Shown here piece after piece: positions 1 through 8,673 of a DNA stretch of 61,008 nt; positions within the stretch are counted from its first letter, which is position 1; the number at the start of each line of letters is the position of its first letter. The DNA is taken from IMG/VR virus record IMGVR_UViG_3300023214_000332, positions 1 to 61,008 of that record; one strand, 5' to 3'. This DNA comes from a virus (taxonomy: Duplodnaviria > Caudoviricetes). Under the pieces are notes generated by a model, which worked only from the letters and a program-made list of their open reading frames with translations, did no database searches and had not been told where the DNA came from. Position numbers and translations under genes: made by a program.

Positions 1-296
1 GTCTTCACCGTCTCCCGGCTGCCGAGGTCGTCCGAATACCGGCCTTCCCAGTGGAAGCTCGGCCCCGCCACCCGTTCGACGCCGTCCGTGTCGATGCGTC
101 GCTCTCGGAATCCGGCGAGGGTCTTCTCGGGGTAGTCCTCGCCGACGACGCCGACGAGGCGGCTCCGCCCGAACAACGACGCGGAGAGCGCGGCGTAGGT
201 TCCGGATCCGCCGAGCACCCGGGGGAAGCTGCCGAAGGGGTTGTGGAGGGTGTCGAAGGCGACGGATCCGACGATCAGGACGGGCTCGGAGCTCAT
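1..296 (-). CDS. PfkB-family carbohydrate kinase, N-terminal part (bacterial; runs off the left edge)
   Basis: Not in the ORF track. Manual translation from ATG 296: MSSEPVLIVGSVAFDTLHNPFGSFPRVLGGSGTYAALSASLFGRSRLVGVVGEDYPE..., with the GSxAxD, GGS and VGxVGxD PfkB signatures; very GC-rich codons; ATGA overlap with upstream stop. Confidence 0.8.
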   Translation of the reverse strand, partial: MSSEPVLIVGSVAFDTLHNPFGSFPRVLGGSGTYAALSASLFGRSRLVGVVGEDYPEKTLAGFRERRIDTDGVERVAGPSFHWEGRYSDDLGSRETVK

Positions 297-455
297 GAAA
301 CGTGTTTGCCGATCAGGGGTTCGAGTTTGGCCCGGGCCTCCGGGGTGATCGCCGACGGCGGGGTCAGGATCGCGTGGGCCAGGGCGTTTCGCGCCGGGCT
401 GCCCTCCGGGTCCGGGATCCGGGGCACCAGCGCTCGGAGAAGCGACTGGGCGTTG
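293..455 (-). pseudogene. mtnP: C-terminal fragment of S-methyl-5'-thioadenosine phosphorylase (bacterial), truncated by the junction with phage DNA
   Basis: NAQSLLRALVPRIPDPEGSPARNALAHAILTPPSAITPEARAKLEPLIGKHVS* resembles MtnP C-termini; its TGA overlaps the PfkB ATG; upstream of ~455 the frame is antisense of a phage gene. Confidence 0.6.
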
Positions 456-2420
456 TACAACTGTACCGCAGTGGGCTGTACTAACGCAGGAATTGAACAA
501 CTCGGCGGCAGCAGCAACGCTAAAGTAATCAACTGTCTTTCAGCCGACAATGGCACTGATTTTTCAATGGGTGACACGACGCACATAGTACAATACTGTG
601 CGTCCAGCGACGCAACCGCTGACGATACCGATACAACCGGCAACCGCATCAACCAGACCTTCACCTTCGTCGACGCCGCCAACGACGATTACCACCTTGA
701 TAGCGCGGACGCCGGCGCCAAGGGGTTCGGCACCGACCTGAGCGCTGACGCGGACTATCCTTTCGACTGGGATGTTGATGGCGACACCCGTGGGACGACG
801 TGGGACATCGGCTTTGACCAGATCACAGGAGTGGGCGGAGGCGGGGTGACTGTTTCTCCAACAGATTTGGCACAAGCACAACCACTAGACACAGCAGGTA
901 TCACACAAAACCATGTGCTAGTACCTGCAAATGCCTCACAGGCACAACTGCTTGATATTGTATCGATACTACAAAACCATGTTTTGTCCCCAGCAGATGC
1001 TGCACAAGCACAACCACTAGACACAGCAGGCATCACACAGCTACACAACCTGTCCCCAGCAGATGCTGCACAAGCACAAGCTGTGGACACAGCAGGCATC
1101 ACACAGCTACACAACCTGTCCCCAGCAGATGCTGCACAAGCACAAGCTGTGGACACAGCAGGCATCACACAGCTACACAACCTGTCCCCAGCAGATGCTG
1201 CACAAGCACAAGCTGTGGACACAGCAGGCATCACACAGAACCATGCATTAACACCTGCTGAGCTTGTGCAGAGTGTATTGTTGTCTGCTACAACAATATC
1301 CTCTGGCCTCACGCTAACACCATCAGACCTCGCACAAGCACAGACATTGAGTGCGGGGGTGGTCGCGCAAAATCACATCTTGGACGCGGTAGACCTAGTA
1401 CAACCTCAACTGCTGGGCACACTGACAATTACGCAAGTACATGCGTTGTCGGCAGACAGCCTGATGCAAGCGGTATTACTAGATGTAACCTCGTTAGTAA
1501 TAGGTGGTATTACATTCGTACCAGATGACCTAGCCCAAGCACAGAGGATAGATGAGGCGGCCATTACCCAGCTTCATGTTTTGTCCCCAGGGGCGCTTGA
1601 CCAAGCGATTACTATTGATGCTGCTACAGTAGTACAAGATTATGTGTTAACAATCAATGAGTTAGCACAGTCACAATCGATTGACCCAACTAACCTAACA
1701 CAAGTACATGTGTTGGCCCCCGCAGAGTTGGTACAAGCGCAAGTCATTGATGCGCTTACTATTTTGCAGAATCAGTTATTGGCAGCAGATGCGTTAACCA
1801 TTGCCCTGCCGTTAGACCAAGCATCTATATCTACAGACTCTGTTAACCTAAGCGCAAACAGTTTGTTGCTGTCTATGACTGTAGATGCAGCAGGCATCAC
1901 ACAGCTACACAACCTGTCCCCAGCAGATGCTGCACAAGCACAAGCTGTGGACACAGCAGGCATCACACAGCTACACAACCTGTCCCCAGCAGATGCTGCA
2001 CAAGCACAAGCTGTGGACACAGCAGGCATCACACAGAACCATGCATTAACACCTGCTGAGCTTGTGCAGAGTGTGGCATTGGCTGGTGGGGCTATAACGC
2101 TTAATTTTATCCTGTCCCCGGATGAATTGCTGCAGTTGCAGGCTTTAGCTCCATCCGGTATTAGTGCCATTGACTACATTTTGTCGCCAACTGACTTGCT
2201 GCAGGCTCAATTGGCGGATGAAACAGCACTCACACAGACACAGTTGCTAGCAGCCAGCGCCCTGACGCTGAGTGTTGTATTAGACGCCTCTGGTGTCACT
2301 GAGGTGAGCGATGCAGCCCCCACAGGCCGCACCATTAAAATCGGCGCAAGAGGGAAAACCATTGCGATTAGCGGCGATGGGCGTACAATTACTATCGGAC
2401 CCGAACAACCTGCTTCTTGA
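450..2420 (+). CDS. Virion fibre protein (5'-truncated): end of a beta-helix-like domain followed by about 22 repeats of ~22 aa
   Basis: LYNCT..VINC..FVDAANDDYHL..DVDGDTR..WDIG motif, Gly linker, then (ITQLHNLSPADAAQAQAVDTAG)-type repeats and a C-terminal GRTIxI motif; sits in the morphogenesis operon. Confidence 0.65.
   Translation, partial: ALYNCTAVGCTNAGIEQLGGSSNAKVINCLSADNGTDFSMGDTTHIVQYCASSDATADDTDTTGNRINQTFTFVDAANDDYHLDSADAGAKGFGTDLSADADYPFDWDVDGDTRGTTWDIGFDQITGVGGGGVTVSPTDLAQAQPLDTAGITQNHVLVPANASQAQLLDIVSILQNHVLSPADAAQAQPLDTAGITQLHNLSPADAAQAQAVDTAGITQLHNLSPADAAQAQAVDTAGITQLHNLSPADAAQAQAVDTAGITQNHALTPAELVQSVLLSATTISSGLTLTPSDLAQAQTLSAGVVAQNHILDAVDLVQPQLLGTLTITQVHALSADSLMQAVLLDVTSLVIGGITFVPDDLAQAQRIDEAAITQLHVLSPGALDQAITIDAATVVQDYVLTINELAQSQSIDPTNLTQVHVLAPAELVQAQVIDALTILQNQLLAADALTIALPLDQASISTDSVNLSANSLLLSMTVDAAGITQLHNLSPADAAQAQAVDTAGITQLHNLSPADAAQAQAVDTAGITQNHALTPAELVQSVALAGGAITLNFILSPDELLQLQALAPSGISAIDYILSPTDLLQAQLADETALTQTQLLAASALTLSVVLDASGVTEVSDAAPTGRTIKIGARGKTIAISGDGRTITIGPEQPAS
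1020..1276 (+). repeat. 66-bp in-frame tandem repeat, 3 exact copies plus partial
   Basis: gacacagcaggcatcacacagctacacaacctgtccccagcagatgctgcacaagcacaagctgtg repeated. Confidence 0.95.
1888..2074 (+). repeat. 187-bp direct repeat of 1090-1276
   Basis: Identical sequence at offset 798 bp (in frame). Confidence 0.9.
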
Positions 2421-2436
2421 TCAAGAGGTTTTTGCC

Positions 2437-2871
2437 ATGGCAAAATTTGTAAATGATAACAACATGGATGAGTTGTTAAACAGAGTTAAGAACAACGCTA
2501 TTCGCATTGTTCTATGCAATGGCCAACCGGCCAACTACAACGAAGCGCAGACCAACAAGGGCTCGACTGTAGCCGGTGGTGGCACAGCCCGCAGGCTTGG
2601 GCAGAAGACTATTAGCTCTACTACGTTTACTGGCCCCGCAAACGGGGATACCAGTGGGCGTAAAGTGACTAAAGACCAAGAGACCAGCCTGAGCATTGAC
2701 GTGACCAGCACAGGCGCTAACCACGTCGCTCTTGTAACCTCATCTACACACTCGACCTCGATTGGTAACGAGCTTATGCTTGTTACAACTATTAGCTCCC
2801 CGCAGGATGTTACTTCTGGTAATACCGCAACAATCAATGCGTTTGACCTAGAAGTCAACGACCCGAGCTAA
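2437..2871 (+). CDS. Virion structural protein (fibre-associated)
   Basis: ATG 2437 after GAGGT RBS; MAKFVND...ANGDTSGRKVT...HVAL...VTT...EVNDP pattern seen in phage structural proteins. Confidence 0.65.
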   Translation: MAKFVNDNNMDELLNRVKNNAIRIVLCNGQPANYNEAQTNKGSTVAGGGTARRLGQKTISSTTFTGPANGDTSGRKVTKDQETSLSIDVTSTGANHVALVTSSTHSTSIGNELMLVTTISSPQDVTSGNTATINAFDLEVNDPS

Positions 2872-2895
2872 TAGGAGGGGTAGTGTAGTGGTGCT

Positions 2896-2940
2896 GTGCC
2901 CTGAGCATTATCGGGGCTATGCCCCTTGGGGCACTTTTTG
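2896..2940 (+). terminator. Possible intrinsic terminator/attenuator
   Basis: gtgccc...ggggcac stem followed by ttttt. Confidence 0.35.
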
Positions 2941-2963
2941 TCATTCGTAAGCGGAGCGTGAAT

Positions 2964-3179
2964 ATGATTTACCGGATAGAGATAAAAGTGTCTGGCGTTT
3001 TGCGGGTAGAGGCGGAAAGTCCGGAAGAGGCAGAGCGTATGGCGCGGTCAGCCATACCTACAATGCATGGCAAGCATTTATTCGGTCCAAAAGTAGAGGC
3101 GAAGTGTGTTGGTAAAGTAGAAGATCACAACCTAACCCCGAATGGGGTTACACAGGTTATGAGGAATAAGCTGCATTGA
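2964..3179 (+). CDS. Hypothetical protein
   Basis: ATG 2964 after GGAG; overlaps next gene by 4 nt. Confidence 0.6.
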   Translation: MIYRIEIKVSGVLRVEAESPEEAERMARSAIPTMHGKHLFGPKVEAKCVGKVEDHNLTPNGVTQVMRNKLH

Positions 3180-3460
3180 TCTTCATAAAAGCACCGTCAG
3201 CCGTACTTGATTACACCGTTAATTGGGATGACGGCTACCTAGAGTCCGGAGAGACTGTGTCCACCAGTTCTTGGGCCGTGCAGCCGGATGTGTCTGGTGG
3301 TGTGGAAATAGACAGCGATGCACAAACAAGCACTACGGCAACGGCTACAATATCTGGTGGGCGACATGGCAAGCTCTACAGATTGCGCAACACGGTAATA
3401 ACCAATAATAGCCGCACAGATGTACGTACAGTGTACGTACTGGTGTGGGAGCCGCGCTAA
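3176..3460 (+). CDS. Small fibre-adaptor-like structural protein
   Basis: KxPxAVLDYxVNW...GETVSTSSW...ISGG..G..Y...NTV.T...RTD.RT pattern. Confidence 0.6.
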   Translation: MIFIKAPSAVLDYTVNWDDGYLESGETVSTSSWAVQPDVSGGVEIDSDAQTSTTATATISGGRHGKLYRLRNTVITNNSRTDVRTVYVLVWEPR

Positions 3461-4113
3461 TGTCAATTACTGTTAACACATCTGCGCCACACCGGGAGCT
3501 GACACTAATAGAGGTGGTCAAGTCAGAGCTGGGTATTACGGGTAGTTCCCATGATGGACTGCTGGCTAATTATATCAAACGCGCCAGTGATTTTATTGTG
3601 TCGCACACAGGGCGGGAGTTCGTCAGGGAGACGGTGACGGAGCTGCTGCCCGCAAAAGGTAGTCGGTTTATGACCCTGAGCCGACGCCCCATTGTATCCA
3701 TCACGCAGGTAAAACTCGATGGTTCCACAATAAGCTCAACAACTTACAGCATAGATGACGCCAATGCCGGTATAGTTTTTAGAGAAGACCGGTGGACTAA
3801 CACAGGCATCACCACCAGTTTCATCACAACCCGCCCCTCGGGTGACGGGCGTAGAGATTGGTCTATAAAATATGTAGCGGGGTACATTACCCCAGGGTCT
3901 ACGGAGGGTGAGAGTAACTTACCATCTGACATAGAGTTTGCCTGTGCAGAGATAGTCAAAGCGTGGTACCTGTCTCGCACAGAAAATGCAAACATCAAGC
4001 GGCAACGTGTAGGTGACGCCTCAGAGGAGAAATTCGATATAACAGAATCTAGAGGTATACCACCAATTGCTTTGTCTGTCTTGGATAAATGGCGTAGTGT
4101 TGATTTGACTTAA
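3460..4113 (+). CDS. Head-tail connector (adaptor) protein
   Basis: LTLIEVVKSELGI..D.LL...IKRAS..I...TGR.F, YVAGY, LPSDIEFAC; TAATG coupling. Confidence 0.8.
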   Translation: MSITVNTSAPHRELTLIEVVKSELGITGSSHDGLLANYIKRASDFIVSHTGREFVRETVTELLPAKGSRFMTLSRRPIVSITQVKLDGSTISSTTYSIDDANAGIVFREDRWTNTGITTSFITTRPSGDGRRDWSIKYVAGYITPGSTEGESNLPSDIEFACAEIVKAWYLSRTENANIKRQRVGDASEEKFDITESRGIPPIALSVLDKWRSVDLT

Positions 4114-4165
4114 CCCACACCTGCCACATGTTGGTTTGACTTAACTCCAGCGGAGGGGATACCCA

Positions 4166-5023
4166 GTGCTGAATACCAAAGACTCCTGTTACTTAGTAGC
4201 CGAGATTGGCATAAACCATAACGGCAGTATCCACACAGCAAAACAACTGATAAAAACTGCAAAAGAAGCGGGCTTTGACTGTGTTAAATTCCAAAAGCGC
4301 ACTTTGGACGTGGTTTACACAAGCGAGGCCCTAGCGGCGCCCCGAGAATCCCCATTTGGAACTACTAACGGAGATCTAAAGCGGGCGCTAGAGTTCTCTT
4401 ATGACCAATATGTGGAGTTGGACCAATATTGCCTGGAATTAGGCATAGATTGGACGGCGTCACCGTGGGATGAGCAGTCGGCTGAGTTTATATCTAGCTT
4501 TGATGTGCCGCACATCAAGGTGGCCAGTGCTTGCATCACAGACAAGGCGCTCCTAACCTCTACCGCCAAGCTTGGCGTACCACTGTGGCTCTCAACCGGC
4601 ATGTCTGACTTGGATACAATAATAAAAGCAGTCAGAGCAGTGGAGGAGAGTGGTGGCGAGGTTGGTATGTTGTACCACTGCAATAGCACCTATCCGTGTG
4701 AGGTCCGTAACCTTGGTTTGCTTGGAATTCATACACTTAATGCAGTATTCCCGCATATAAAGATTGGGTATAGCGGGCACGAGACTGGTGTGACCACCTC
4801 CGTCATGGCCGCTGTATTAGGGGTGTTTGCCATAGAGCGGCATGTGACGCTGAATCGAGCTATGTACGGGAGTGACCAGGCGGCGTCATTAGAGCCACCG
4901 GGCATGCGTAGGTTGGTGCGGGATGTACGTACCTGGGAGTTGGCACGGGGGGATGGGAAAATTGGTATATACGAAGAAGAAGTGCCAATAAAGAACAAAC
5001 TGCGGCGTGTTGATACGCTGTAG
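4166..5023 (+). CDS. neuB: N-acetylneuraminate/nonulosonate synthase family protein (no C-terminal SAF domain)
   Basis: AEIGINHNG, VKFQKRT, IKVAS, LSTGMS, HCNSTYP, GYSGHE, IERHVT, GSDQAASLEP motifs; GGAGG RBS. Confidence 0.93.
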   Translation: MLNTKDSCYLVAEIGINHNGSIHTAKQLIKTAKEAGFDCVKFQKRTLDVVYTSEALAAPRESPFGTTNGDLKRALEFSYDQYVELDQYCLELGIDWTASPWDEQSAEFISSFDVPHIKVASACITDKALLTSTAKLGVPLWLSTGMSDLDTIIKAVRAVEESGGEVGMLYHCNSTYPCEVRNLGLLGIHTLNAVFPHIKIGYSGHETGVTTSVMAAVLGVFAIERHVTLNRAMYGSDQAASLEPPGMRRLVRDVRTWELARGDGKIGIYEEEVPIKNKLRRVDTL

Positions 5024-5026
5024 CCA

Positions 5027-5689
5027 GTGGTTACCGCGATAATCCCAGCACGAGGGAACTCTAAGGGTATTACCCGCAAAAACATGTTCCCGCTTGGTGG
5101 ACGCCCACTAATCGATTGGACAATTAAGTGTGCACAAAACGCCAATATAGACCGGGTGGTTGTATCCACGGAGGACTATGAAATTGGCCAGCATTGTGCT
5201 GATTTGGGGTGTGTTGTGGTTAAGCGGCCTGTGGCGTTGTCAGCAGACAATGTACATGCAATCTACGTGGTGTTACATGCTATTGAGTACTTGGAGTTGG
5301 ATAGGCAAGAATTGGTGCTAATGCTGTTACCCACATCTCCCCTCCGGGTGCCCAGTGATGTTAATACCACCATACAGTTGCTCGCCAGACACCCTAGTCC
5401 AGCGAGTGTTATTGGGGTGGAGTGTGTAGGGCATGAATTAAACTTGGTGCGGATGAAGCGTGGCAGTTTACACCGTGTATTCGATGTAACTGACGCAAAC
5501 AACAAGCAGAGGCAAAACGCGAGCCCCGTCTACAAAACAAATGGCGCAATATTTGCTGCACATTGTCATACATTGTTATCAAACAAGTCTTTCTACACAA
5601 CCTTCTCCATACCATACCTTATGCCCGCGTGCCGCTCAGTTGAGGTGGACACAATAGATGACCTGCGGCTAGCCGAGGCTTTGTTGTGA
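5027..5689 (+). CDS. neuA: Acylneuraminate cytidylyltransferase (CMP-nonulosonate synthetase) family
   Basis: AIIPARGNSKGITRKN, GRPLI, VVVSTED, RP..LS.D, PTSPLR, RQ, NGAIF, EVDT.DDL. Confidence 0.92.
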   Translation: MVTAIIPARGNSKGITRKNMFPLGGRPLIDWTIKCAQNANIDRVVVSTEDYEIGQHCADLGCVVVKRPVALSADNVHAIYVVLHAIEYLELDRQELVLMLLPTSPLRVPSDVNTTIQLLARHPSPASVIGVECVGHELNLVRMKRGSLHRVFDVTDANNKQRQNASPVYKTNGAIFAAHCHTLLSNKSFYTTFSIPYLMPACRSVEVDTIDDLRLAEALL

Positions 5690-6816
5690 AGACGATATAT
5701 GTATGGGGCGGCTGGTCACGAAACTTTGGTGACTTGGCAATGTATTCAGCTCAAACCCGCCTTTTACAACAACAAAGCACAGAGCCGCTCCGGTTTATAC
5801 CAATTAACTCTGATGTCGATGAGGCAACCGGAGTGGTGCCTTATATATCGCAAACCATGGTCAACACCATAAATACTGGTGATATGCTCCTAATTGGTGC
5901 TGGGGGTCAGCTAATGCCCCGTAAGGTTGATGGGGTAAAAAACTTCTCCGGCCATCAAATAAATATACCTAAGCGGCTGATTAAAAAGATAAAAGTACCA
6001 ATTGTTATTTATGGTGTTGGCCTGAATATTTACTGGCATGGAGTAGATGGTTCAATAGATTGTAGTGCAATAGACCATTTCCGTGAGCTTTGTGATGCTG
6101 CAGCTTTGGTGTCTGTTAGAGATGGTTTGTCTGCTAGGTTGTTGAATTATATGGCGGTTGACGTTGTAGACCAAATTCCAGACCCAGCCTTTTTCTGCGA
6201 ACATGAGAATGGGGCGTCTTGTTTAGACACAGCGGAGGTGGACTATCCAATTATCGGAATAAATTGGGCAGGAGACCGACAGAGGTTGCGTCTCGGCAGC
6301 CTTGACAGTCGTAATACGCTGTTACAAACAGCGTGGCAATTGCAGCGTGTGCTGCGGGAGGTTGGCGGAGGTGACATAGTACACATACCCCATGTGTCAC
6401 GGTATGACATGGAGTCTTTATGGCAGTTGCGGGAGGTGTTAGAGGACCGTGTTATATCTATAAGCGAAGTAGCCCCATCCCTTTACCCAGAGCAGCTATG
6501 GGGTGTACCAGAACTGGTGCGTTGTTACGCCATTATGGGTGTAGTAGTTGCCACTCGCTGGCATGCTCATGTAATCCCCTATGGTCAGGGTGTGCCCATA
6601 GTATCGTTGGGAGATACATACAAAAACGATGCTTTTACCCAAGACCACCCAGAAGTTCCGCAATGTCTGTATGACGCGGATGGGTTATCGTCTGCTATAC
6701 TGACCGCGCTAAAAACGCGATCTGCTTTCCGACAGATGGCTAAACTAAAATTGGCAAACATGCGGCAAGTCATTGATGCGTTTAACAGAAAAGTGGTTGA
6801 TATATTAAATGGTTAG
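5686..6816 (+). CDS. Polysaccharide pyruvyl transferase-family (GT-B fold) protein
   Basis: NFGDLA, GAGGQL, YGVG, SVRD, PDPAF, TRWHA motifs. Confidence 0.8.
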   Translation: MKTIYVWGGWSRNFGDLAMYSAQTRLLQQQSTEPLRFIPINSDVDEATGVVPYISQTMVNTINTGDMLLIGAGGQLMPRKVDGVKNFSGHQINIPKRLIKKIKVPIVIYGVGLNIYWHGVDGSIDCSAIDHFRELCDAAALVSVRDGLSARLLNYMAVDVVDQIPDPAFFCEHENGASCLDTAEVDYPIIGINWAGDRQRLRLGSLDSRNTLLQTAWQLQRVLREVGGGDIVHIPHVSRYDMESLWQLREVLEDRVISISEVAPSLYPEQLWGVPELVRCYAIMGVVVATRWHAHVIPYGQGVPIVSLGDTYKNDAFTQDHPEVPQCLYDADGLSSAILTALKTRSAFRQMAKLKLANMRQVIDAFNRKVVDILNG

Positions 6817-7474
6817 TTTAAGCACGCCGGGTAGAACTTGTGTTGGTTCCCTGACAACAAGGGCGGGTGATGGTGACCGCCTATCCCAGGCGGTCAGAGA
6901 GCGGTTAGAGGCGTTAGATTCTACCCAGGGCGTGGACCGTGCTTTTTCCCACCAGCCGGTGATAGAGAGAACCTCTATATTCGACAAGGTTGTGAGTAAG
7001 CATATAGAAGAAAACCCTAATGCCATAATCCTAAATGCTGGCTGTGGCATGTGCGTCCGGTTTTTTAGACTAAAGCCCCCACCTACAGTGACTTGGATAG
7101 ACGCAGATTTAGCCCCTGTTATAGAGTTAAAAAAACAGGTTTTATCTGGACTGTGGGAGTTGCCTGCTAACTATACATTAGATGTGCTGGACCTGATACA
7201 GACTATCCCAGTCGAAAAAACCCCATATACCCTTATGGTGTTGGAGGGTGTTTTGTCGTACATACCAGAAGCGCGGGCACACAATGTTGTGCAAGGGCAC
7301 GTAGTTTTTGATGTATTATGGCATACCAGGAAATCGCTAGGCAGCGACCAAAAATGGAAATATAAAGAGGGGCAGTGGGACTTAAATGTGTTAGAAATGC
7401 ATTACTATGATATGGGTGAGCACCGTGGGGCAGTGATTATGGAGGTTGATGATGGCCGCATGGCCACACCATAA
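6809..7474 (+). CDS. Class I SAM-dependent methyltransferase (LCM/O-methyltransferase-like)
   Basis: RT..FD, ILNAGCG, WIDADL.PVI.LK, VLEGVLSY. Confidence 0.8.
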   Translation: MVSLSTPGRTCVGSLTTRAGDGDRLSQAVRERLEALDSTQGVDRAFSHQPVIERTSIFDKVVSKHIEENPNAIILNAGCGMCVRFFRLKPPPTVTWIDADLAPVIELKKQVLSGLWELPANYTLDVLDLIQTIPVEKTPYTLMVLEGVLSYIPEARAHNVVQGHVVFDVLWHTRKSLGSDQKWKYKEGQWDLNVLEMHYYDMGEHRGAVIMEVDDGRMATP

Positions 7475-7781
7475 CCTGCGCCAGAAAATAACCTACTGGG
7501 CGCCGGGTACACCTGACGGGTTTGGCGGGCGCTCTTATGTTGCCCCCGCTTCGCTGACGGCTCGGTGGGAAGACCGTGTTAATTTATTTGTTGATAACTC
7601 GGGTAACGAGAGTGTATCAGATGCTGTTGTATATTTAGGCTCTGCTGTTGTAGTCAAAGGCTATTTATACAATGGGGTATCTACCTCCACTGCCCCGCCA
7701 GATGGAGCGCGTGAGATAAAACGGGTGGATAAAACACCCACATTGAATGCACAATATGCATTGTGGAAGGTATTTTTGTAA
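7446..7781 (+). CDS. Head closure (stopper)-like protein
   Basis: YWAP...DGFG...Y..P.....RWED pattern; position upstream of neck and terminator genes. Confidence 0.65.
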   Translation: MMMAAWPHHNLRQKITYWAPGTPDGFGGRSYVAPASLTARWEDRVNLFVDNSGNESVSDAVVYLGSAVVVKGYLYNGVSTSTAPPDGAREIKRVDKTPTLNAQYALWKVFL

Positions 7782-8230
7782 TGCCCATTATACGTAAAAA
7801 GATCCGCATTAAGGACGCGGCCGATGGAGAGCAGGGAATAAAAGCCATTATGGAGGGCTTAAATAGCTTTTTCCGCGATGTGGATGACATAACAGAGGAG
7901 TTGGCGGTAAAGGCTGCTAGGCTTGTTATCACCGAAGCGGATGTACTTGTACCACGAGATACGAACGCCTTGGCGGAGAGTTGGGATGCCCGTGCAGTGC
8001 CGCTAAGCCGTGGTGGGTGGAAAGGGGTGGCCAGCTACGGAGGACCTACCCGCACAGGGCCGACGAGGAATGCGCCTGAGGGTATTGTGGACTATGCGGT
8101 TATAGTGCACGAGGATTTGTCTGTAGAGCACGTAATCGGTGAGGCTAAATATTTGGAGAAGGGGGCGGAGGCTGCAAAACCAGAGATTGACGCCCTGTTT
8201 AAGAATGAATTAAAGAAATTGGTGCGATGA
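7781..8230 (+). CDS. Neck protein (HK97 gp10-like)
   Basis: VPRDTNAL..S, YAVIVHE, GEAKYLE. Confidence 0.75.
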   Translation: MPIIRKKIRIKDAADGEQGIKAIMEGLNSFFRDVDDITEELAVKAARLVITEADVLVPRDTNALAESWDARAVPLSRGGWKGVASYGGPTRTGPTRNAPEGIVDYAVIVHEDLSVEHVIGEAKYLEKGAEAAKPEIDALFKNELKKLVR

Positions 8231-8652
8231 GCTTAGCGGTAGATATAAAAGACCGGTTGGTGACAGATGGCATTGGTACATTTGCGGCGACTTCTGGGTG
8301 GGGTATTTACATCTCCCGCGAGCCGACTACCCCGGATACGTCTATTACCATATATGAGACTGGGTCTGTCACAGAGCCAAGTCCTAAATTCAAATTAGAT
8401 TTCAATACCTTCCAAATACGTGTCCGGGGTGCCCGTAATGGGTATGCGGCCGCAGAGGCAAAGACTGCAGCCATAAAAGCCGCCCTATTGGGCCTTGGTG
8501 GGGTAACGCTGAACAGCACAAAATATGTAGGTATTTGGATGGTTACGGACATACTATTCCTCAAGTACGATGAGGGAGAGCGGCCTATTTTTGTGACCAA
8601 CTGGCGTGTGGCCCGAGAGCCATCCAGCAGTGATAATAGAACCGCGCTATAA
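8227..8652 (+). CDS. Tail terminator-like protein
   Basis: EP.TPD..I.IYETG...FQIRVRG...Y...DE..RP.F..N pattern; precedes tube genes. Confidence 0.7.
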   Translation: MSLAVDIKDRLVTDGIGTFAATSGWGIYISREPTTPDTSITIYETGSVTEPSPKFKLDFNTFQIRVRGARNGYAAAEAKTAAIKAALLGLGGVTLNSTKYVGIWMVTDILFLKYDEGERPIFVTNWRVAREPSSSDNRTAL

Positions 8653-8673
8653 TTAATAACAGAGGATCAAACA

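Noticed and set aside
440-470. Prophage attachment site
   Set aside because: Junction interrupts a structural gene; no integrase or duplicated att core seen
1090-2074. Diversity-generating retroelement template/variable repeat pair
   Set aside because: Copies are identical (no adenine-specific mismatches), both lie within one gene, and no reverse transcriptase is present
51-2420. 789-aa ORF as a single gene
   Set aside because: The first ~133 codons are the antisense of bacterial pfkB/mtnP sequence; only the part from ~450 looks like a real phage protein
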